From Candidatus Zambryskiibacteriota bacterium (lineage in GTDB: Bacteria; Patescibacteriota; Minisyncoccia; Phycocordibacterales; WO2-35-19), in assembly GCA_048499675.1 (NCBI GenBank), contig JASNZL010000004.1, positions 28,463-92,462 of the forward strand: 64,000 nt of DNA, read 5' to 3'. Shown here in pieces: positions 21,335-30,682 of this stretch. Under the pieces are notes generated by a model that did no database searches, was not told the origin of the DNA, and was given only the letters and a program-made list of their open reading frames with translations. Numbering within the stretch: position 1 is the first letter of the stretch; each line of letters starts with the position of its first letter. A program made the translations under genes and the position numbers.

Positions 21335-23011
21335 ATGACTTCTATTGTAGAACAAATAAAAGAAAGGTTAGACATAGTTGATGTAATTTCGTCATATATA
21401 AAAGTAGAAAAAGCTGGAATAAACTGGAAAGCAAAGTGCCCATTTCACAACGAAAAAACCCCTTCTTTCTTCATATCCCAAACAAGACAAAATTTCTTCT
21501 GCTTTGGGTGCCATGAAAAAGGAGATGTGATATCCTTTGTAGAAAAATATGAAGGGCTTGATTTCAAAGGTGCTCTTGAAAACCTAGCAAATAGAGCTGG
21601 AATAGAAATAAAAAAACAAGACTACAAAAAGACTATTGAAAACAGAGATAAGTTGTTTGAAGCAATGGAGCAAGCAACGATATCTTTTGAAAACAACCTA
21701 GAAAAAGAAGATAAAATAAAAAAGTATCTTTTAGATAGAGGACTAAATACTAAGACAATAAAAGAATGGCGACTCGGTTACGCTAAGGATGAGTGGAGAG
21801 CTCTACTTTCAAATTTAGAAGGTAAAGGATTTACAAAAAAAGAACTTCTAGATGTTGGGTTATTAAAAAAAGTACTAAATGAAGAGAAGTACTACGACAC
21901 ATTCAGAGGAAGAATAATGTTTCCAATGTTTGATAATGCAAACAGAGTGATTGCATTTTCAGGAAGAACCTTAAAGAAAGACGAAAAAACACCAAAATAC
22001 TTAAACTCACCCGAAACAAGTCTTTTTTATAAATCAGAAGTTTTGTATGGATTCAACATTGCCAAAAATTACATTAGAAAACTAGACTACACCGTCATTG
22101 TAGAAGGTCAAATGGACTTAATAATGTCCCATCAATCTGGAGTACATAACACAGTTGCTTCCTCAGGTACAGCATTAACAGAAATTCATTTAAAAAAATT
22201 ACAGAGATTATCCAATAGAATAATAATTGCTTATGATGCCGATAAAGCAGGAGAAAAAGCCGGAGAAAGTGCAGCCTTAATGGCTACGTCACTTGGGATG
22301 GAAGTAAAAATTGCACTACTAAAAGAAGGTGAGGATCCAGCCTCTCTAATACAAAAAAGTGCAGAGGATTGGAAAAAAGTATTAAGGGAATCAAATTTTT
22401 ACTCTGAATACATATTAGACAAAGCAACTTCTATGCAAAATGAGAACCTTACAATGAAATATGTTTTCAGTAATGTACTACCTTTTGCATCTAGAATCAA
22501 AAGCGATATTGAAAAAGAAAAATATATCAAAAAGATTGCATCTAGACTGCGAGTATCAGAAGATAACGTATGGAAAGATCTTCAAAAAATAATAAATAAC
22601 GAAGGAAATGAAGAAAAAGAATATGATATAAAAAAAGAAAATAATCAATCAAATCTAGAAAGAATTCTTGTTGGCATAATATTATTACAAGAATCAATTA
22701 ACAAAGATACCAGTAAATTAAGAACAGAACTTAAAAGAATTTTAGGGAACGATAAAGCAGAAGATATAATCTCAAAGTACGAAGATGAAAAAGATTTATT
22801 AATTTTTGAACTTGAAAAATATAATAATTCAAGAGATTTTGATGATATAGGAAAAGAGGTTATTCAAAGGTTAGAATTAAACTTTTTAAAAGATGAAACG
22901 AGAAGATATGCTGTAGAAATGGACAACAAGAATATTTCTAAAGAAGAGTATAAAAAAATTGAAAATGAGTTTAACAAAATCCAAAACAGGATAAGAGAAT
23001 TAAAAGATTAA
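21335..23011 (+). CDS. dnaG: DNA primase
   Basis: The CPFHNEKTPSF...CFGC Zn ribbon and the TOPRIM segment EGQMDLI are present. Confidence 0.9.
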   Translation: MTSIVEQIKERLDIVDVISSYIKVEKAGINWKAKCPFHNEKTPSFFISQTRQNFFCFGCHEKGDVISFVEKYEGLDFKGALENLANRAGIEIKKQDYKKTIENRDKLFEAMEQATISFENNLEKEDKIKKYLLDRGLNTKTIKEWRLGYAKDEWRALLSNLEGKGFTKKELLDVGLLKKVLNEEKYYDTFRGRIMFPMFDNANRVIAFSGRTLKKDEKTPKYLNSPETSLFYKSEVLYGFNIAKNYIRKLDYTVIVEGQMDLIMSHQSGVHNTVASSGTALTEIHLKKLQRLSNRIIIAYDADKAGEKAGESAALMATSLGMEVKIALLKEGEDPASLIQKSAEDWKKVLRESNFYSEYILDKATSMQNENLTMKYVFSNVLPFASRIKSDIEKEKYIKKIASRLRVSEDNVWKDLQKIINNEGNEEKEYDIKKENNQSNLERILVGIILLQESINKDTSKLRTELKRILGNDKAEDIISKYEDEKDLLIFELEKYNNSRDFDDIGKEVIQRLELNFLKDETRRYAVEMDNKNISKEEYKKIENEFNKIQNRIRELKD

Positions 23012-23042
23012 ATATAAATATTTTATTAGTATAATTTAACAC

Positions 23043-24263
23043 ATGGCAAACAAAACAAAAAAAGATAAATTCAAAAAAATCAAAAAAGAAAGACTAAAAA
23101 AAGTCAAAACTAAAGTTGTGCAAAAAAAGAAAGCTACAGATAAAAAAACAAAAAAAGATTTAAAACAAAAAAAGACTTCCAAGAGCACTACCAAAACACT
23201 GCCAGAAGAAGTAATAAAAAAAGACAAGTTGATTGCAAAAGGAAAAGATCGTGGGTTTATTACCTATGACGAAATAATGAAAGAGTTTCCCACAATCGAA
23301 GAAGACGTATTACTTTTAGAAAAAATATATGATGATTGTGCAACCTTGGGTATTGATATTCTTGAAGGAGGCAAATTATTAGAAGATACATTAACAGTAA
23401 AAGGTAAAGAGTATTTCAAAGAAGAAGCTTCTCATGATTCTATTCAGATGTACCTAAAAGAAATTGGTCAACATTCCTTAATTTCTGGCTCACAGGAAAA
23501 GGAACTGGCAAAAAGAATAGCAAATGACGATGCAGAAGCAAGAAACATCTTAGCAAAAGCAAACCTTAGACTAGTCGTTTCAATCGCAAAAAAATATGTA
23601 GGTAGAAGTTCAGACTTAACACTACTTGACCTTATACAGGAAGGTAATTTAGGCCTATTTAAAGCAGTAGATAAATTTGATCATACCAAAGGTTACAAGT
23701 TTTCAACTTATGCAACTTGGTGGATTAGACAAGCAATTACAAGAGCTCTTGCAGATCAATCGAGAACAATTAGAGTTCCAGTGCATATGGTTGAAACAAT
23801 TGCAAAATACAAACAAGTAGTAAGGAGACTCTCTCAAGATTTGGGTAGAGACCCTCTGCCAGAAGAAATCGCGGTAGAGATGGGTCTAGAACCAGATAAA
23901 ATATATATGATAGAAAAGATTGATCAGGGTACGGTTTCGCTCGAGACTCCAGTAGGTGATGATGATGATACCAAATCTACTTTAGGTGATTTCATTGCGG
24001 ATGATAAAATACTTTCTCCAGAGCAAGAATCAAACAGGAGAATAATAAGAGACCAACTATCAGAAATCCTAGAAGATTTACCACCAAAAGAAAGGAGAAT
24101 TATTGAGATGAGAAATGGTCTTCAAGATGGGGTCTACCACACACTAGAAGATGTCGGAAAAGAATTTGGAGTGACGAGAGAGCGTATTAGACAAATCGAA
24201 GCTAAAGCCCTAGAAAAAATGCGTCAACACGACAAAGCAAAAAGATTGCAACATTTTCTTTAA
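23043..24263 (+). CDS. rpoD: RNA polymerase sigma factor RpoD, with a Lys-rich low-complexity N-terminus
   Basis: Region 2.4 ([13 protein letters not shown]) and region 4 ([23 protein letters not shown]) are recognisable. The N-terminal 60 aa is K/T-rich. Confidence 0.95.
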   Translation: MANKTKKDKFKKIKKERLKKVKTKVVQKKKATDKKTKKDLKQKKTSKSTTKTLPEEVIKKDKLIAKGKDRGFITYDEIMKEFPTIEEDVLLLEKIYDDCATLGIDILEGGKLLEDTLTVKGKEYFKEEASHDSIQMYLKEIGQHSLISGSQEKELAKRIANDDAEARNILAKANLRLVVSIAKKYVGRSSDLTLLDLIQEGNLGLFKAVDKFDHTKGYKFSTYATWWIRQAITRALADQSRTIRVPVHMVETIAKYKQVVRRLSQDLGRDPLPEEIAVEMGLEPDKIYMIEKIDQGTVSLETPVGDDDDTKSTLGDFIADDKILSPEQESNRRIIRDQLSEILEDLPPKERRIIEMRNGLQDGVYHTLEDVGKEFGVTRERIRQIEAKALEKMRQHDKAKRLQHFL

Positions 24264-24267
24264 AAAC

Positions 24268-24307
24268 ATAACGATAAAATCCGGTAGCCACAACGACTAT
24301 CGGATTT
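24268..24307. terminator. Hairpin aaaatccg...cggatttt after rpoD
   Basis: 8 bp stem with a large loop, immediately 3' of rpoD. Weak. Confidence 0.3.
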
Positions 24308-24529
24308 TTAGTTACGAACACTCCTTTGTCTTTCTTGAACACGCTCGTCAAGAGTGTAGTGTAAAGAAATAAATTCCATAGCACATTTCCGGATTCGAGC
24401 TCTTATTTCAACATCTTGTTCTTCTTCGATTGCGTCAAAAAGGCGCTCGATTTTGCTATCCAACAGATTCATTCTGAGCATATCCACTGCATTTAACACT
24501 CGTGTTACTAGGTATACAAAACACCTCAT
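24308..24529 (-). CDS. Hypothetical 73 aa ORF in a GC-richer patch next to the IS remnant
   Basis: Helical-looking translation with no homology. It may be cargo or a remnant. Confidence 0.2.
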   Translation of the reverse strand: MRCFVYLVTRVLNAVDMLRMNLLDSKIERLFDAIEEEQDVEIRARIRKCAMEFISLHYTLDERVQERQRSVRN

Positions 24530-24547
24530 AGAACCCCCCCAGATACC

Positions 24548-25540
24548 TTTGAAGTAGGACAGTTATAATTAATTTTTAGCAAAAATTAAATTTTAATTGT
24601 CATGAAAAAGAAATATTGTCATTTGTCGTTTGAAGAGAGATTTGCAATTGAAGTGATGTATCGAAAAGGCACGGAGATTCGCTCCATTGCAGAGTTTTTG
24701 GATCGTAGTCCAAATACAGTGAGCCGAGAGATACGGAAACATAGTGTTAATGGTGCATATGAGGCCAGGAAAGCTAAGCAAAAATCATTAGCAGAAAGAT
24801 GGAGAGCAAAAGCTCAATGTCTCAAAGTAGCAATGAACAGTTTCCTTTGCGTTTTCGTTGAAGAGAAACTTCAAAACAAGTGGTCACCAAAACAAATTAG
24901 TGGGTATTTGAAGAGAGAGTACGGCATCATTTGCTCTAGCAAAGCCATATACAAATTTGCTGAGAGCCGTGGATTAGATCACTTGCTTTTCTGGGGCTGG
25001 AACAACATGAAAGCTTGTCGCAAGAGATACAAATGGAAAACACCCAAAGATGGAAGGAAATATATTGGACAAAGACCAGAAAGAAAAGAAGTTGGTCATC
25101 TAGAGATGGACTTCATTGTCTCAAAAGAAAGTAGCGGGTTCTCTGATTGAATCGTTTTAACAAAAAAAACTTGGGTGGGAAACTACCCCAACAGAAAACA
25201 CTGACACTATTCGTCTTACTTGCTTTCCTCCTGTTCACTCGGATTTGTTTTTGAAGTCGATCACCACGGACAATGATCAGCATTCTATCTGGAAGGCAGA
25301 TTCTCTCAACACTGTCATATCTTTACACATCCATACCATTCTTGGGAAAAGGGATTAGTGGAGAATACTAACCGATGGATCAGATGTTTTGTACCTAAAA
25401 GGAGAAATATCGAGTCAGTGACTGAAGAAGAATTGAAAGGGATTCACACCTTCTTGAACGACCGACCGAGAGAATGTATTGGATTTAGATTACCAACAAG
25501 TTATTATTATGAGTTAACATCTGTCCTACTTGAGGGGTAG
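24548..25540 (+). mobile_element. Degraded IS30-family insertion sequence
   Basis: Imperfect terminal inverted repeats share the core aagtaggacag (24552-24562) and ctgtcctactt (25521-25531). They bracket a transposase frame with IS30 N-terminal HTH and C-terminal motifs. Local GC is higher than in the flanks. Confidence 0.65.
24602..25540 (+). pseudogene. IS30-family transposase interrupted by three in-frame TGA codons and shortened in its core
   Basis: The N-terminus MKKKYCHLSFEERFAIEVMYRKG...SPNTVSREIRKH is the IS30 HTH. GHLEMDF corresponds to GHWEGD. The C-terminus HPYHSWEKGLVENTNRWIRCFVPKR...LNDRPRECIGFRLP corresponds to the NENTNGLIRQYFPKG...LNNRPRK motif. It has the same frame throughout, with stop codons at 25148, 25202 and 25274. 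Confidence 0.7.
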
Positions 25541-25567
25541 CGGGAGGACCTCCTTTCTTGATAAAAT

Positions 25568-28528
25568 ATGCCACAACTTATTTTATCAATCAAATTACAT
25601 ATGTTGTATAATCTACATATGGAATACCAAAAATTCGATGAGGAATATTCAAAATTAAATAAAAGTCAAAAGGATGCTGTTGACTCTATAGATGGTCCTG
25701 TGATGGTAATAGCTGGACCCGGCACCGGCAAGACCACAATTCTCACTCTTCGTATAGCAAATATACTAAAACAAACAGACACTCCATCTTCAGGAATACT
25801 TGCCCTAACATTCACAGAGGCAGGCGTAAAAGCAATGCGAGATAAATTAAAATCCATAATCGGAGAACGGGCTTACGATATACCTATTCATACATTTCAC
25901 GGTTTTGCCTCATCAATCATAAATGAGTTTCCAGAACATTTTATTCATCTTAGAGGTTCTAAACAAATTACTGAAATAGAGTCAGAAGATTTATTAAGAG
26001 AAATACTTAAAAATAGTAAGTACAAAATTTTAAGACCCCTAGGAGACCCCGATTTTTATATAAATAAAATAATTGGTGCTATAAGTGACTCCAAACAAGA
26101 GGCATGGACTCCAGATATGATAATAGAATTTGCAAAATCAGAAATTATAAACATAAACGAAGATGAGAATAATTTATCAACAAGAGGCAAGACCAAGGGT
26201 CAGCTTAAAGGAGAAGCTCTTAAAAGAATTGAAAGATGTGAAAAAACAATAGTTTTTGGAGAAATTTATAGAGAATATGAATCAAGAAAAAAAACAGATA
26301 AAAAAATTGATTTTGATGATTTAATTTTTGAACTCCTATTGGCATTAAGAAATGATGAACTCCTTCTACAAATTATTCAAGAAAAATATTTGTATATTCT
26401 TGTAGATGAACATCAGGACACAAACGATGCTCAGAATTTAATTGTAAAAACCATAGCTGATTTTTTTGAAAATCCAAATCTATTTGTGGTAGGAGACGAA
26501 AAACAAGCTATATACAGATTCCAAGGAGCATCAGTTGATAACTTTTTGTCATTTCAAAAAACATGGAGTCAAATGAAAATAATTTCCCTAGTGGTAAATT
26601 ATAGATCTCACCAAGGAATTCTTGATTCTACTTTTAATATGATAGAGAAAAATTATTTAGATAATGAACACAAAAATCTCAGAATTAAATTGGAAGCTCA
26701 CAATAAGAACGGCGTTCAACCAATTGATATTATAAAATCCAAAGACATTAATAGTGAAGATAATTTTATAGTGGAAAAACTAAAAGATTTAATAAAGGAA
26801 GATAAAAGTAGTATTGCAATAATTGTAAGAAAAAATGCTCAGGTTGGTAGAATATTTTCTTTATTACAAAAAAACGGTATTGAATCTTCAGCCGAAAGGG
26901 GAGCCAACATATTTACTCATTATGTAGGCGAGATATTTTTTTCATTACTTGAATTTCTATACAATCCCTCCAACTCCGCCTCGCTTGCCGAAACTATTGC
27001 TGGGGGATTATGGAACCTAGATTTTAAAAATAGAACTGAAGCTATAAAACAACTTAGAAGCGGAAATGTAGAATTTATAGAAAAAAACATAAAAGGTGTA
27101 AAAGATTTATTAAACAACATAGATTTAAGTGGTGTTATTAACTATATAATTTTGGCAGGCAACGTATCTGGTCTTACAAAAATTGCTAGTAGTAATCCAT
27201 TAAGTATGGAGGTATGGCGGGGGATTATAACACTATCAGAAGAGATTGCTAGATCAAAAGAAATAGACAATCCCAGAACATTAATAAAAGAGCTTCTTTC
27301 ATACAAAAAAACTGCGGAGAGAAGGTCTATAAAAATAAATACTGGGCAAACTAACTCGCGAATTGTAATAATGACCGCACATTCCTCAAAAGGACTTGAG
27401 TTTGATTATGTATTCACCCCATACGCCACAGAAGAATCCTGGATTACAAAAAATCATGGTTCTTATTTTGTATTACCAAAAGAAAAAGAAGATGTAGACG
27501 ACATAAGAGATGAAAGGAGACTTTACTACGTAGCCCTTACAAGAGCAAAAAAACATATTTTTGTTAGCACCCATACCGAAAACAGCGCTGGGAAACCAAC
27601 GACAATTTTGAGATTTTTAGATGACTTACCTAAAGATTTAATAAAAGAAACGGAAATAGAAAAAACTGAGAAAATAGAAACAGAAAAGAGTATAAAAGAT
27701 ATAGACATAGAAAAAAATACTGAGCGTAACGAATACGCAAAAAGAATATTGCTTGAAAAAGGTTTGTCCGTAACTGCACTAAATCATTTTATGAAATGCC
27801 CTAAGGAATTTTATTATAAGAGTGTTTTAAAAGTTCCCGAAGCACCAAGCCCTAGTAGTGAAAAAGGAAATGCTATGCACGAAGCACTCTCTGAGGTTTG
27901 GAAAAACAAATTAACAAATTCAGAAGAAATAAGTGACACAATCCAAAGGACAGTCAAAAATTATATAAAAAAATCATTACTACCATTATACGAAAAAGAA
28001 CAAATAGAAGAAGAATTAATAAAAGACTCAATTAAGGTAGCGGGGTCACTCGAAAACCATTTCAACACACAAGGTGATATCAAAACAGAAAGCTGGGTAG
28101 AAAGTTTTATAACACATAAATTTAATAATGAAGGTATTGAAATAAAAATACATGGAAAATTGGATGTAATTATAAACACACAAGATAAAATCCATGTTTA
28201 TGACTACAAAACTCGCGAAGCTATGAGCGAGAAATCTATAAGAGGTGAGACAGAGAGTAGTGATGGTGGCTACTTTAGACAATTAGTTTTCTATAAAATC
28301 CTTTTAGATAAACTAAACAAAATAGAAAAGAAAAAAATAGAACCATCTCTTGTGTTTATCAAACCAAACAAAAAAGGAGAATGCTCAATCATATCTTTGG
28401 ATATAACCAAAGGAGATGAAGAACGTGTAATAGACGATATAAAAAGACTAATAGATGTGGTTTGGTCAGGAAAACTACTAGAGGAAAATTGTGATGACCC
28501 AGAATGCAGATTCTGTAAGATGTATTAA
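25568..28528 (+). CDS. UvrD/PcrA-type superfamily-1 helicase fused to a C-terminal PD-(D/E)XK Cas4/AddB-like nuclease domain with a Cys cluster
   Basis: It has Walker A AGPGTGKTT, helicase motifs (VDEHQDTN, VGDEKQAIYRFQGA, and YRSHQGI, which resembles the SF1 motif V region), then VYDYKT and FMKCP...CDDPECRFC, which is a four-Cys Fe-S-type arrangement. The true start may be the ATG at 25619, because TGnTATAAT sits at 25604-25612. Confidence 0.8.
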   Translation: MPQLILSIKLHMLYNLHMEYQKFDEEYSKLNKSQKDAVDSIDGPVMVIAGPGTGKTTILTLRIANILKQTDTPSSGILALTFTEAGVKAMRDKLKSIIGERAYDIPIHTFHGFASSIINEFPEHFIHLRGSKQITEIESEDLLREILKNSKYKILRPLGDPDFYINKIIGAISDSKQEAWTPDMIIEFAKSEIININEDENNLSTRGKTKGQLKGEALKRIERCEKTIVFGEIYREYESRKKTDKKIDFDDLIFELLLALRNDELLLQIIQEKYLYILVDEHQDTNDAQNLIVKTIADFFENPNLFVVGDEKQAIYRFQGASVDNFLSFQKTWSQMKIISLVVNYRSHQGILDSTFNMIEKNYLDNEHKNLRIKLEAHNKNGVQPIDIIKSKDINSEDNFIVEKLKDLIKEDKSSIAIIVRKNAQVGRIFSLLQKNGIESSAERGANIFTHYVGEIFFSLLEFLYNPSNSASLAETIAGGLWNLDFKNRTEAIKQLRSGNVEFIEKNIKGVKDLLNNIDLSGVINYIILAGNVSGLTKIASSNPLSMEVWRGIITLSEEIARSKEIDNPRTLIKELLSYKKTAERRSIKINTGQTNSRIVIMTAHSSKGLEFDYVFTPYATEESWITKNHGSYFVLPKEKEDVDDIRDERRLYYVALTRAKKHIFVSTHTENSAGKPTTILRFLDDLPKDLIKETEIEKTEKIETEKSIKDIDIEKNTERNEYAKRILLEKGLSVTALNHFMKCPKEFYYKSVLKVPEAPSPSSEKGNAMHEALSEVWKNKLTNSEEISDTIQRTVKNYIKKSLLPLYEKEQIEEELIKDSIKVAGSLENHFNTQGDIKTESWVESFITHKFNNEGIEIKIHGKLDVIINTQDKIHVYDYKTREAMSEKSIRGETESSDGGYFRQLVFYKILLDKLNKIEKKKIEPSLVFIKPNKKGECSIISLDITKGDEERVIDDIKRLIDVVWSGKLLEENCDDPECRFCKMY

Positions 28529-29236
28529 CTAGCTTTGCAAAATCATATCAATAACTTGTTTGAGTTGAGAATATGGATATGCTCCCTCTATTGGATATTT
28601 ATCACCTGTTTTGGTATCTAACAAAACACTATACGGAGTACCGATTGCCCCCAATTCTTTTGCATTATTGATATCGGCTTCAATCCTTGCGCGAAACTCT
28701 CCGCTATCTAGACATACTTTAAAATCAACTGATGATAGACCAACATCAACTGCTATTTTTTCTAATTCTAAAGGATCTAGCCCATCATTTGATGGTGTTA
28801 CTTCATAAAGCTTGTTTGTATATTCCCAAAATTTACTATTACCACCCAGAGCAGCTGCGCACTCCTGAGCTTCGGCTTCTCTCATTGATTTTTTGTGTAT
28901 CTCAGTAATAGGGAAATGTCTATAGACCCAAGCTACTCTCTCGTCGCTTCCATAATCTCTCATTATAGCAAGCATGGTTGTGTGGAATATTTTGCAAAAA
29001 GCACATTCTGTATCTGAATACTCAACCAAAATAATCCTTGCATTTGGACTACCTAATATATGATCATTCTGGTCCACTGGCCGCATTACGCCCGATATAC
29101 TCTTTGAAAGCTCTTGCTGTCTCTTTTCAAAAGTGCCCACTTCAGTATTTTTATTTTTATTACTTAGCAAAAAACCACTACCAATTAAAATACCAGCTAT
29201 AATTATAGAAACAGGGAGCAATAGTTTATCGTTCAT
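28529..29236 (-). CDS. DsbA-like thiol:disulfide oxidoreductase, membrane-anchored
   Basis: An N-terminal TM helix and the thioredoxin-fold CAFC active site are present. Confidence 0.75.
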   Translation of the reverse strand: MNDKLLLPVSIIIAGILIGSGFLLSNKNKNTEVGTFEKRQQELSKSISGVMRPVDQNDHILGSPNARIILVEYSDTECAFCKIFHTTMLAIMRDYGSDERVAWVYRHFPITEIHKKSMREAEAQECAAALGGNSKFWEYTNKLYEVTPSNDGLDPLELEKIAVDVGLSSVDFKVCLDSGEFRARIEADINNAKELGAIGTPYSVLLDTKTGDKYPIEGAYPYSQLKQVIDMILQS

Positions 29237-29290
29237 AATAGTGATATTATTTTTAATAATGTGTATTATAACACAATATATTAATATTTT

Positions 29291-30088
29291 TTGTATATGA
29301 GTATTATAGAGTCAATAATTTTAGGTCTAATACAAGGATTAACTGAATTCTTACCAGTTTCTTCATCTGGGCACCTGATAGCAATAAGACAGTTTATGAA
29401 TCTGTCTCTCGAAAATACGATGGCTTTTGATGTTGTGCTCCATATGGCAACCCTGGTGGCTATACTAATTTATTTTAAAGGGGATATTAAGAGAATTATT
29501 ACCGACTTTAAAACAGAAGGACCAAGCAATCGTTCAATTAAATTAGTTGGCGCAATAATAATTGGAACAATACCAGCCGGACTTATAGGTTTTTTTTATG
29601 GTGATGTAATAGAAGATATTTTTAGGAGCCCCACATTAGTCGCATATTCTCTTATTGCAGGTAGCTTACTTTTTTGGTTTGCAGATAGGTTTGCAAAACT
29701 AAAAGGAGGAATAAATATTTTCAAAGGATTCCTGATTGGAATTTTTCAATCTCTAGCGCTCATATCTGGTTTTTCAAGGTCTGGCTCAACAATTTCGGGA
29801 GGTTTGTTAGTCGGCCTTTCTAGAGAAGAGAGTATCAAATTCTCTTTCTTACTAGGTATCCCAATAATTGCAGGAGCAGGACTCAAAACTTTGTCAGAAA
29901 TTGGTTTAGAAGGAAGACTTGGGGAATTTTTAAACCTAGAAGTATTTATTGGATTTGTTGTCGCTCTATTATCTGGTTTATGGGCAGTCAGATTTTTAGT
30001 TAGATATCTATCAAACAATTCTTTTAATGTTTTTATTGTATACAGAATACTCCTCGCAATTCTAATACTTGTAGTTTCAAAATTCTAG
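29291..30088 (+). CDS. uppP: Undecaprenyl-diphosphatase
   Basis: GLIQGLTEFLPVSSSGHL and a polytopic membrane profile are BacA/UppP features. Confidence 0.9.
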   Translation: MYMSIIESIILGLIQGLTEFLPVSSSGHLIAIRQFMNLSLENTMAFDVVLHMATLVAILIYFKGDIKRIITDFKTEGPSNRSIKLVGAIIIGTIPAGLIGFFYGDVIEDIFRSPTLVAYSLIAGSLLFWFADRFAKLKGGINIFKGFLIGIFQSLALISGFSRSGSTISGGLLVGLSREESIKFSFLLGIPIIAGAGLKTLSEIGLEGRLGEFLNLEVFIGFVVALLSGLWAVRFLVRYLSNNSFNVFIVYRILLAILILVVSKF

Positions 30089-30094
30089 TTAACA

Positions 30095-30673
30095 CTAAAA
30101 AGGTAGAGTGTGGTTTAGTATGGAAGACGAAGGTACATTTTCCCAATCACTTGTGTCTAGTTTTACTTCATTCATATTCGGACCTTCCTTAAAAATTAAC
30201 TTACCATTTTTTAGCGCATACTCATAAACTTCTTTTGTAATTTTTACATCGTCCAAACAATATTTAATTATTTTGTCTATCTCTCCAGATTTCCACCACC
30301 TTATAGCATCAAGGCCGTGGCCACTTTTTTTGATACCAAGAGTACCTTCGGCTATTTGATCTAGTTTCATTCTTCTGCCAGCAGATTTTTGCATCTCTTT
30401 CAAAATATCGACGCTCTTTATTTTAAACAAGTCTCCAGCATAATATTTATTCAAAAGGGGAATATCAAAATGGTCTCCATTAAAAGTTATAAAGGTATCA
30501 GTATTTTCAATAACCCTCCACAATTCTCCAAAATCTTCCTCCAAATAAGCTTTGTAAGAATCAGTTTCGTAATCATAAATTCCAACCACAGAAATAGAAA
30601 GATCAACTGGGTTATTACTCCCAACATCTTGAAAAATATTTTTAGTTTCTATATCAAATACAATTTTTTTCAT
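30095..30673 (-). CDS. DEDD-family 3'-5' exonuclease-like protein (RNase H-like fold)
   Basis: FDIET (Exo I), NGDHFDIP (Exo II) and YCLDDV (Exo III) are present. Confidence 0.55.
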   Translation of the reverse strand: MKKIVFDIETKNIFQDVGSNNPVDLSISVVGIYDYETDSYKAYLEEDFGELWRVIENTDTFITFNGDHFDIPLLNKYYAGDLFKIKSVDILKEMQKSAGRRMKLDQIAEGTLGIKKSGHGLDAIRWWKSGEIDKIIKYCLDDVKITKEVYEYALKNGKLIFKEGPNMNEVKLDTSDWENVPSSSILNHTLPF

Positions 30674-30682
30674 TCTAGAAAA

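Noticed and set aside
25148-25276. I considered whether the three in-frame TGA codons in the IS30 transposase indicate a UGA-sense (code 4/25) donor or host.
   Set aside because: The host gene at 7245-7724 terminates with TGA, and all large native genes lack internal TGA. The three TGAs align with different residue types in IS30 relatives. The core is also shortened. Simple decay is the more economical explanation.
25568-25618. The first 17 codons of the helicase ORF.
   Set aside because: They were kept in the feature. The GGAGG is 20 nt upstream of the 25568 ATG. An extended -10 at 25604-25612 suggests the 25619 ATG may be the real, possibly leaderless, start. This cannot be decided from sequence alone.
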